64,000 bases of DNA from Pseudomonadota bacterium (GTDB lineage: Bacteria; Pseudomonadota; Alphaproteobacteria; MPNO01; UBA830): contig JAYZQT010000032.1 in assembly GCA_036136335.1 (NCBI GenBank), positions 123,038 to 187,037 of the forward strand, written 5' to 3'. How positions within the stretch are numbered: the stretch's first letter is position 1; every line of letters begins with the position of its first letter. Below, one piece after another: positions 38,927 through 46,897 of this stretch. A program made the position numbers and the translations under genes. The notes under the pieces are model-generated. The model was not told the DNA's origin. It saw nothing but the letters and a program-made list of their open reading frames with translations, and did no database searches.

Positions 38927-39964
38927 ATGTCGAAGTCTCACATACCCGTTACCGTGCTCACCGGATTTCTTGGCAGTGGCAAGACCACAATACTATCCAA
39001 ACTAATTCGCGATCCGGCGTTTTCTGATACCGCAGTCATTGTGAATGAGTTTGGCGAGGTTGGACTTGATCACATGCTGGTTTCGTCGAGTGACGAAACT
39101 ATCATTGATCTGTCATGCGGTTGCATATGCTGCACCATTCGGGGCGATTTAATGTTGACGCTGTCGGACCTGAAGGAACGACGCGAACAGGGGACGGTGC
39201 GTCCATTCGCCAGGGTGGTGATTGAAACTACAGGGCTCGCAGATCCAGCACCCATCATACATACCCTGATGCAGGAACCGACCGTATTCACGTCCTATCG
39301 GCTTGCCCAGATCGTAACCGTCGTTGACACCGTAAACGGCATGACAACACTCGATCGCTATCCGGAGGCTGTAAAACAGGTAGCGGTCGCTGACGGATTG
39401 CTCATGACAAAGACCGACATAGTGGAAGACGTTGATGCCATGGACGCCCTGCACACTCGAATTAATCACATTAATCCGTCGGCCCACCGGGAGGAGTGCG
39501 TTAATGGCAGGGTTCCGCCAAGTTTTCTGTTTACTGGTGGCGTCTATGACCCTGAGAACAAAGGAACCGACTTTGTGGACTGGTTATCAGGGGAAACAGA
39601 AGGGCTCCCGAATACTGTGCTGGCTAATGACCGTCATGATGACGCCATTACCACCTTTTCCATTTCAAGAAATGAGCCAATCAGCCGCGGTGCCCTGGGG
39701 GTATTCATGCAAATGTTGGCAGATCAGAGGGGCGCTGATCTGTTGAGAATGAAGGGGTTGGTGCAGCTGACGGATGATCAGTCAAAACCTGCGGTGGTGC
39801 ATGGCGTGCAGCACGTCGTTCATCCGATCGAAAGACTGGATGCCTGGCCAACAACCACGCGACAGACAATATTGATTTTCATCGTTCGCGGAATTCCAGT
39901 CACCTGGTTAGAAGATCTCTGGGATACTGTAATCGAAAGTGAATACGCCGGTTTGCGGGTCTAG
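38927..39964 (+). CDS. COG0523 / CobW-like G3E-family metallochaperone GTPase
   Basis: It has the Walker A motif LTGFLGSGKTT, the CxCC metal motif SCGCICCT, ETTGLADP, a KTD-type (MTKTD) motif and a C-terminal CobW_C-like domain. The start is taken at ATG 38927. Confidence 0.9.
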   Translation: MSKSHIPVTVLTGFLGSGKTTILSKLIRDPAFSDTAVIVNEFGEVGLDHMLVSSSDETIIDLSCGCICCTIRGDLMLTLSDLKERREQGTVRPFARVVIETTGLADPAPIIHTLMQEPTVFTSYRLAQIVTVVDTVNGMTTLDRYPEAVKQVAVADGLLMTKTDIVEDVDAMDALHTRINHINPSAHREECVNGRVPPSFLFTGGVYDPENKGTDFVDWLSGETEGLPNTVLANDRHDDAITTFSISRNEPISRGALGVFMQMLADQRGADLLRMKGLVQLTDDQSKPAVVHGVQHVVHPIERLDAWPTTTRQTILIFIVRGIPVTWLEDLWDTVIESEYAGLRV

Positions 39965-40018
39965 TTTTAATGAATGTCAGAACGCGCTAAGGTGTAATGC
40001 AAGTATAGGAGGTTGATC

Positions 40019-40957
40019 ATGAATCACACGGGTATCGACAAAGTAACCTATGGCGTAAGCGACCTGGATGCAGGCACTAAATTCTGGACCGACTTTGGGC
40101 TTTCGCCGACGGACACTGGCAATGGCCATATTGCCTTTTCAGCACAGAATGGTTCTGTCGTCGAGCTCCGTCCCCTTGATGATCCCGACCTTCCGCCTGC
40201 CGTTGGAGACAGTCCCGAGGCTACTGCCAGGGAAGCCATGTTCGGCGTCAAGTCCAAGGAAGATCTTGAGGCACTCGCCGCAAATCTTTCTGCGGATCGA
40301 GAGGTACATGAGGACGGTGACGGCGCAATACACACTGTTGATCCCCTGGGATTTGGTCTTGGGTTTCGGGTTAGCCAGACCCACGAGGTCGAACCACCGG
40401 ATCAGGAATTCAATGTTCCCGGGCGAGCAATGCGTCTCAACAGGCGGGCCAAGATGTTTGACAAAGCGTCCCCTATGGAGATGTCTCACATAGTCTACGT
40501 GACGGATGATATTGAAAACCATAAAGAATTCTACGTAGACAGGCTGGGTTTCAGGTTGACAGACGCTTACCCTGGTCGTGGGTATTTTACCCGCGGTGCA
40601 GCCGCTCATCATCATCACAACCTTTTTCTTTTGAACCCTGGAAATGGAAACCGAGGTTTTCATCACCTCGCTTTCGAAGTGGGAACCATTCACGAACTCT
40701 TTGGCGGTGGAAACAATATGACCCGTGAGGGCTGGGATACGATGATTGGTCCGGGGCGTCACCCGATATCGTCCTGTTATTTCTGGTACTTCAAAAATCC
40801 CTGCGGCGGTGCGGCGGAATATGATTTTGATTCCGACGTTGTCGATGACAACTGGGAGGCCAAGGAATGGGAGTCAAAACCCGAAAACTTCGCGGAATGG
40901 TGTCTTGCGGAGGGGATGGGTGAATCTCTGCGGTTCAGGGGAATTCAGAACGGGTAA
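40019..40957 (+). CDS. two-module VOC-superfamily protein (glyoxalase / extradiol ring-cleavage dioxygenase-like)
   Basis: The RBS GGAGG lies 6 nt before ATG 40019. Two VOC modules are present (IDKVTYGVSDLDAGTKFW... and MSHIVYVTDDIENHKEFY...HHLAFEV), with a His run AAAHHHHNLF. Confidence 0.65.
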   Translation: MNHTGIDKVTYGVSDLDAGTKFWTDFGLSPTDTGNGHIAFSAQNGSVVELRPLDDPDLPPAVGDSPEATAREAMFGVKSKEDLEALAANLSADREVHEDGDGAIHTVDPLGFGLGFRVSQTHEVEPPDQEFNVPGRAMRLNRRAKMFDKASPMEMSHIVYVTDDIENHKEFYVDRLGFRLTDAYPGRGYFTRGAAAHHHHNLFLLNPGNGNRGFHHLAFEVGTIHELFGGGNNMTREGWDTMIGPGRHPISSCYFWYFKNPCGGAAEYDFDSDVVDDNWEAKEWESKPENFAEWCLAEGMGESLRFRGIQNG

Positions 40958-40975
40958 GGCTTACGTACTGGCGCT

Positions 40976-41830
40976 ATGAAACCGGCACCTTTTAGTTACA
41001 TTCGCGCGGGCAGTGTCGACGAGGCAGTCTCTGCGCTGGCAGCGGGCGCGGGTGATGCAAAGCTAATCGCCGGCGGACAGAGCCTAGTACCGATGCTCAA
41101 TTTCCGGCTCATTGATACAGTGCTATTTGTGGATATTAACGGCATTGATACACTGGCTGGTGTTAATGTAACCGACGACGGCGGGCTTCGGATTGGCTCA
41201 CTGACACGCCACCATGCGATAGAAACATCCAACGTTGTTCGGGACAGGGTGCCAGTTCTCCACGCCGCAATGAAACATGTAGCCCATCTCGCAATCAGGA
41301 ACCGGGGAACGATTGGTGGTAGTCTTGCTCACGCGGATCCCGCCGCGGAATTGCCTGCGCTCTCGGTACTTCTCGATGCCCAGATTGCAACGAAAAGCCC
41401 CTCTGGAAGCCGCACGATCCCCGCGTCTGACCTGTTTGTCGCCCCGTTGACCACGGTTCTTCAAGCCGAAGAGATAATTACGGAGATAAAAATTCCTGGT
41501 CTGCCCCGGGCCGCGGGTTGGGGGTTTGAGGAATTTTCCCAACGGCGTGGCGACTTCGCCATAGCTGGGGCGGCCGCGATCGTAACTACTGAATCCAAAA
41601 AGGTAACCACTGCGCGGATAGCGTTGTTCGGCGTTCATGATGTGCCCTTCCGAATTCCCGCAGCCGAGGAGGCGTTGATCGCGGACGGGGTTGACGCGGC
41701 CGCATCAGCAGTTCGGAAAGCCGTAAATCCGATCACTGATATACAAGGGTCGGCGGAATACCGACGGCATCTCTCCGACGTTCTCACGCGCCGCGTTCTA
41801 ACCAAAGCGATAGGCAGGGCGGGTGAATGA
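40976..41830 (+). CDS. molybdenum hydroxylase FAD-binding (CoxM-like) subunit, operon 2
   Basis: It contains IAGGQSLVPMLNFR and IGGSLAHADPAAE motifs and is 284 aa long. Confidence 0.85.
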   Translation: MKPAPFSYIRAGSVDEAVSALAAGAGDAKLIAGGQSLVPMLNFRLIDTVLFVDINGIDTLAGVNVTDDGGLRIGSLTRHHAIETSNVVRDRVPVLHAAMKHVAHLAIRNRGTIGGSLAHADPAAELPALSVLLDAQIATKSPSGSRTIPASDLFVAPLTTVLQAEEIITEIKIPGLPRAAGWGFEEFSQRRGDFAIAGAAAIVTTESKKVTTARIALFGVHDVPFRIPAAEEALIADGVDAAASAVRKAVNPITDIQGSAEYRRHLSDVLTRRVLTKAIGRAGE

Positions 41831-42306
41831 CCGGGAAGTTAGAGATCTCGGTGACGGTAAACGGAGTTCTGCGCACAACAGCAGTAGAACCCCGACTTCT
41901 CCTTGCTGACTTCATCCGGGAAAATCTTGATCTCACCGGCACCCATGTTGGATGCGAACATGGTGTCTGCGGCGCGTGTACCGTTCTGATGAATGGCGAT
42001 AGCGTTCGGTCATGTCTGACCTTGGCAGTTCAGGCCGACGGCGCGGTAATCGAGACTGTAGAGAGCCTGGGCAGCGTCGAAGATCTTGGTGTTCTACAAA
42101 AAATATTTCGCGATCATCACGCGCTTCAGTGTGGTTTCTGTACCCCGGGAATATTGATCACGGTGACTGACATGTTGCAAAAATACCCGCTTGAGACTGA
42201 CGAGGAAATCCGTGACGGGTTATCTGGTAATATTTGCCGTTGCACCGGATACCAGCACATCATTGATGCCGTGCGTTCGGTTGTCCGAAAGAGGGATGGC
42301 GCATGA
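41827..42306 (+). CDS. molybdenum hydroxylase [2Fe-2S] (CoxS-like) subunit, operon 2
   Basis: It contains GCEHGVCGAC...C and CGFCTPG...CRCTGY motifs. There is a 4-nt overlap with each neighbouring gene. Confidence 0.9.
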   Translation: MTGKLEISVTVNGVLRTTAVEPRLLLADFIRENLDLTGTHVGCEHGVCGACTVLMNGDSVRSCLTLAVQADGAVIETVESLGSVEDLGVLQKIFRDHHALQCGFCTPGILITVTDMLQKYPLETDEEIRDGLSGNICRCTGYQHIIDAVRSVVRKRDGA

Positions 42307-44693
42307 ATCCGCTGGATGAAACGAGCCTTGCCCGTCCCCAGTTTGTCGGGGCGGGTGTAAATCGACGCGAAGATCCCCGTCTGCTGACGGGGAGCGGTAA
42401 CTACGTCGCTGATTTGAAACGTCAGGGAATTTTGCATGTAGCGTTCCTGAGAAGCGACCACGCCCATGCATTAATCCGGATTATTGACACCGAAACGTCT
42501 CTCGGTATTTCTGGCGTAGTCGCAATTTATACCGGCGAAGATATCGCGCGCATCGCAAATCCCTATCAGGCCACTTCAAGAATGCCAAACTACCAGGCGA
42601 CCTTCATTCCACCGCTGGCGCTGGAGAAGGTTAGGTATGTCGGCGAAGCCATAGTTGCGGTAGTGGCAGAAAGCCGGTACCTCGCCGAAGATGCACTCGC
42701 AGGGATCGTAATCGAATACGAGCCTCTTCCAGTAATTGTGGATCCGGTAGACGCCTTGAGGCCTGACGCACCCAAGATCCATGAAGACCTTGAATCAAAC
42801 GTTCTGGCTGAGCGGAAGTTTGCGCGTGGCGAAGTGGATGCTGCGTTCGCCGACGCTGCCACCACCGCAGGTGATCGATTTCATTTTACACGAACGACGC
42901 CGGTCACCATTGAACCAAGGGCCGTTGTCGCCGAATATGATTGCGGTGCACGGGCGCTGACGCTTCACAGTACCACGCAGATACCCGGGATTGTGCGTGA
43001 CAAGCTGTCGGACATACTGGATCTACCAGGGTCCCGTATCCGGGTGATTGCGCCTGATGTTGGAGGGGGGTTCGGGGGAAAGACTTCTCTCTATTCGGAA
43101 GAAATAGTCGCCTGTGCCATATCCTGTGATCTCGAAAAACCAATAAAATGGGTCAGTGATCGGACGGAAGACCTTATGACCACCGGTCAGGCATTTGATG
43201 AAATTGTCGACGCGGAAATTGCCGTAGACGAGGGTGGGGTGATTCTCGCGCTTCGTGCGGATGTTATCGGCGATGTTGGCGCGTATTCTATCTATCCGTG
43301 GACCGCAACAATCGAGCCGGTGCAGGTTGTCAGCTTTCTGCCGGGGCCCTACCGAATAGAGAATTACGCAGCTCGCGTCCGATCCATCAGTACAAACAAA
43401 ACCCTTACCGGAGCCTACCGCGGTGTCGGCCGCCCTATCTCTGTCTACGTCATGGACCGGCTTATGGATATGGCAGCCCGGAAAATCGGGATGGACCCAG
43501 TAGATATGCGCCGTCGCAACCTCGTGAACGATGATGAGTTTCCATACAAAGCCGCATCCGGTCTGGTATGGGATAAATCGGCTTTTCAAGGCTGTCTGAA
43601 AAAGGCAGCTGAGGGCATCGGGTATGAAGATCTGCGGCGCGAACAGGAGGCCGCGCGGGCAGAAGGCCGTTGGGTTGGTATCGGTGTGGCGTCCTATGCA
43701 GAGTTAACCGGGGTCGGTTCCCGAATTGCGGTCGCGCCGGGAATGCCAATTAATACAGGTACCGAGACGTGTAATATAGCAATTGATTCAACCGGAGCGG
43801 TGACCGCGAGTTTTGGTTTGGCAAGCCAGGGTCAGGGGATGGAAACGACACTGGCGCAGGTAATAGCCGAAGAACTTGGCGTCATGGTCGAAGACGTGGA
43901 TGTCAGGCTCGGCGACACCGCGTCTGTTCCTCATGGTACCGGTACCTACGCGAGCCGCGGCGCCGTTTTTGGAGGGGGTGCTGGAACGCTTGCGGCGAGG
44001 GCGGTTCGGGAAAAAATCGTCCATGTTGCTGGACATCTCCTTGAGGCAGCGGAGGAAGACATCGAAACCGGGAACGGCAACGTCTGGGTCAAGGGGACTG
44101 ACAGGACGATGACCATTCGCGATCTGGCCCGGGCGCTATATTCTGATATGGGCCGCGTCCCGAAGGAGATGCGTGATGAAATCGACAACCTGGATGCGAC
44201 CAAGGTTTATGATCCTTTTTTCGGCACCACAACAGCAGCTACGCATATTTGCCAGGTCGAAGTTGATCGCTGTACCTTCAAAACCCGGATCCACAAATAT
44301 ATTGTGGTCGAAGATTGTGGAAGGGTTATAAACCCGCGGATCGCGGATGGACAGGTCCATGGGGGCGTGGTTCAGGGCATTGGCGTGGCGTTGATGGAAG
44401 AAGTGATCCATGACGCAACTGGTCAGGTGCTGACTGGAAGCCTTGTCGATTATATTGTCCCTACTGCGGTCGAAATCCCGCAAATTGATGTTGTTCACAT
44501 GGAGGCTGAGCTACCGGCGACAGTTGGGGGTTTTCGGGGGCTTGGTGAGGGAGGAACGATAGGAGCGCCAGCCTGTGTCGCTAACGCAATTTCGGATGCG
44601 CTTAGTCCTCTCAAAATAGAAATTACGGAAATTCCTGCAACGCCGGAACGCCTGTTCCAGCTGGTTGAATCTAAGCGAAGAGACGGATTTTAA
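42303..44693 (+). CDS. molybdopterin-binding large subunit, form-II-CoxL-like, operon 2
   Basis: A 796-aa protein. The active-site loop reads AYRGVGR (43413-43433), one residue away from the AYRGAGR signature used for form II CoxL. It lacks the form I AYxCSFR loop. Confidence 0.9.
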   Translation: MNPLDETSLARPQFVGAGVNRREDPRLLTGSGNYVADLKRQGILHVAFLRSDHAHALIRIIDTETSLGISGVVAIYTGEDIARIANPYQATSRMPNYQATFIPPLALEKVRYVGEAIVAVVAESRYLAEDALAGIVIEYEPLPVIVDPVDALRPDAPKIHEDLESNVLAERKFARGEVDAAFADAATTAGDRFHFTRTTPVTIEPRAVVAEYDCGARALTLHSTTQIPGIVRDKLSDILDLPGSRIRVIAPDVGGGFGGKTSLYSEEIVACAISCDLEKPIKWVSDRTEDLMTTGQAFDEIVDAEIAVDEGGVILALRADVIGDVGAYSIYPWTATIEPVQVVSFLPGPYRIENYAARVRSISTNKTLTGAYRGVGRPISVYVMDRLMDMAARKIGMDPVDMRRRNLVNDDEFPYKAASGLVWDKSAFQGCLKKAAEGIGYEDLRREQEAARAEGRWVGIGVASYAELTGVGSRIAVAPGMPINTGTETCNIAIDSTGAVTASFGLASQGQGMETTLAQVIAEELGVMVEDVDVRLGDTASVPHGTGTYASRGAVFGGGAGTLAARAVREKIVHVAGHLLEAAEEDIETGNGNVWVKGTDRTMTIRDLARALYSDMGRVPKEMRDEIDNLDATKVYDPFFGTTTAATHICQVEVDRCTFKTRIHKYIVVEDCGRVINPRIADGQVHGGVVQGIGVALMEEVIHDATGQVLTGSLVDYIVPTAVEIPQIDVVHMEAELPATVGGFRGLGEGGTIGAPACVANAISDALSPLKIEITEIPATPERLFQLVESKRRDGF

Positions 44694-44771
44694 CTTTTCT
44701 GTATTAATTTCGCAGTGACCTTAAAATTTGCCCACCGGAAACCGCAGCGGAAAATACAACGCGGGTTTTTG

Positions 44772-45809
44772 TCAATTTCTCTGAATACCGTATTCGCCAG
44801 TTTCCATCAGCGCCGCCGCAGATCGTCCAGCATCGGTCAGCTCTAGAGAAGCCCGTGTTTCAATTAACCACGCCTGATAGGGTTCGACGGTATCTTCTTC
44901 GGCCCCATGATGGGGAATGCCTTTCGGGACCCACGAAATCGTGCCGGGCTCGTCCATAGATCCATATGGCCCCGGTCCAGAGGCGTATATGATCAACTCG
45001 TCATAATCCGCGTTTACATGAATCGGCGGGCGGTCACTTCGACGAGATCCAAGGTGGAAAAAAAGTGTCTGGCCGGTACTGTCGTTTATGAGCCGAGGTG
45101 GCGTAATCCCGCCCTCGGATACGCCAAGGGTCTGAAGGTCGTAAATACCGAACTTCTTGACCGGTGGTGAGCCATTAACCGCTTCGATATCAAGGGGGTC
45201 GAATTCATAAAAATGCGACGTTGTCCCGCCATTATGGCGAAATACTGTTTCGAATACCTCATCCGGTGCGGGTATTTGATTCTGGATCTCCGGTAAGAAG
45301 ACCGAGCGCCTGATGTCAAGAACACCCCTCGGCGGGAACGGGTCTATTGCCAGCTCGCCTGGCGTGGCAACCACGAGGATTTGAAGAGGGGTGTTTACCT
45401 CGGTTAAACGGTACCCCACCGCACGTGGCAACAGGAGGAAGTCTCCCGCTTTGCAGTTCAGGTAACCGAAGTCGGTCTTGATGCATCCGTCCCCTGCTAC
45501 GACATAATGAACTTCATCCGATATTACATTCTTGATCGTGATCTCCGTTGGTTGAAGGGCACGCATAACGGATATGGTTACACCGTCTCCAGTTAAAATT
45601 GGAACGGGTAAACCTCGGCGGGTGCCGGATTCATTTTTACTGGGATTGGTGAACAAACCGTCAAACCGATAGGGCGCGTACTCGCCTTCGATTCTGGAAT
45701 ACATTGGAACATAGTTTGGTCTCGCAGCATGCGCTCCCGCCCCGGCAAAGCCATCTCGGGAATAATGATTAACGGTGGATTTTGCCAGCGATTGTCTGTC
45801 TGTCATCAA
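44772..45809 (-). CDS. cupin-fold ring-cleavage dioxygenase-like protein (homogentisate/gentisate 1,2-dioxygenase-related)
   Basis: A 345-aa protein with cupin-like cores (DEVHYVVAGDGCIKTDFGYLNCKAGDFLLLPRAVGY; YDELIIYASGPGPYGS...GIPHHG). The family assignment is tentative. Confidence 0.45.
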   Translation of the reverse strand: MMTDRQSLAKSTVNHYSRDGFAGAGAHAARPNYVPMYSRIEGEYAPYRFDGLFTNPSKNESGTRRGLPVPILTGDGVTISVMRALQPTEITIKNVISDEVHYVVAGDGCIKTDFGYLNCKAGDFLLLPRAVGYRLTEVNTPLQILVVATPGELAIDPFPPRGVLDIRRSVFLPEIQNQIPAPDEVFETVFRHNGGTTSHFYEFDPLDIEAVNGSPPVKKFGIYDLQTLGVSEGGITPPRLINDSTGQTLFFHLGSRRSDRPPIHVNADYDELIIYASGPGPYGSMDEPGTISWVPKGIPHHGAEEDTVEPYQAWLIETRASLELTDAGRSAAALMETGEYGIQRN

Positions 45810-45823
45810 TAGGTTCCTTTTAC

Positions 45824-46810
45824 TCAGGGCTTAGGCGGCAGGCCTATGATTTCTCGGTATTCTGCCGCGGTGGCCAATTGTCGACCAAGACTTTCAGCGG
45901 TAACTTTCGCACGCTCTACCATTTCCAGATTCCCGTCCAGAAGGTCGTCTCTGTGCGGAAACCGGTAAGCGGTGTCTTCCGTCCCCACACGAACATGAAG
46001 CCCCATCATCATCGCCATCGTTGCGAGATAGTGACCCGCACGGCCGGCGGCGCAGACCTGGATGAAAGAATTCTGTTCGACTTCGTGAATACGGTCCACA
46101 ATCTGGATCAATTCCGTCATCATTGCTTTGGGATGCTTGAGGTAGGTTCCCAGTCTGTCGGTCGCGTCATCATAGGGGTAGCCGATCAGAACAATCCAGC
46201 AGATCGGCTGGGGCAGGATACCTGTTGAGACGAGGTAACGTTCTGCAAGGTCTACCTCTGCCGTGGAATGGATGACGATAAACAGGCGCCCGTCCTGATT
46301 GACCACGGCCTGGGTAAGGCTCTGCATCCATTCAACAGGAAAGTTGGGTGCCATGGGACAGGTTTCAGCCAAGCCTGAGGTCATAGGATACATATTCTCG
46401 TGAAATGTTTCCCCGCGAAGGACGTTAGCATCGCAAACCCAGTCAGTCGTGGTTGCTGCGTTTATCCCACCCACAACCTTGTCGTAAGCTCCCTCCATGG
46501 TGTATCCACCGTCAGAGATACCAGAAATACCCCCAAAATCCACGTGCACGCCGCAGGCGCCTGCTTCGATCACTTCGACCGCCGCCTCTTGAAAACTGTC
46601 AAGATCCAGCGGAAAGCTCTGGGGCCGGTTGGTGCCCCGGTCACTGACAATTCGCCCCGACACAGCCGCAGTGAGTACGAGTTTTTCGGGTATGTTCCAT
46701 CTGTCCTGTACTTCTGGGGCTGGCGGCGTACCCATTGTCCGTACGGTGCGCTTTCGCATGAGTACGTCTCGCGAAGGGAGCTCGTGCCAGTTTTGTTTTA
46801 AATCGAACAT
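45824..46810 (-). CDS. BKACE-family (3-keto-5-aminohexanoate cleavage enzyme-like, DUF849) protein
   Basis: A 328-aa TIM-barrel-like pattern: LVLTAAVSG...; AAVEVIEAGACGVHVDF; IVIHSTAEV; LPQPICWIVLIGYP; GLHVRVGTEDT. These match conserved BKACE blocks as I recall them. Confidence 0.55.
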   Translation of the reverse strand: MFDLKQNWHELPSRDVLMRKRTVRTMGTPPAPEVQDRWNIPEKLVLTAAVSGRIVSDRGTNRPQSFPLDLDSFQEAAVEVIEAGACGVHVDFGGISGISDGGYTMEGAYDKVVGGINAATTTDWVCDANVLRGETFHENMYPMTSGLAETCPMAPNFPVEWMQSLTQAVVNQDGRLFIVIHSTAEVDLAERYLVSTGILPQPICWIVLIGYPYDDATDRLGTYLKHPKAMMTELIQIVDRIHEVEQNSFIQVCAAGRAGHYLATMAMMMGLHVRVGTEDTAYRFPHRDDLLDGNLEMVERAKVTAESLGRQLATAAEYREIIGLPPKP

Positions 46811-46897
46811 CCACTCTACTCCGGTTTATAACCTATTTTATTTTTGATCCGCTATTTTACACGGATAAACACGGCAGTTGGAAGCCACCCCGGACTA

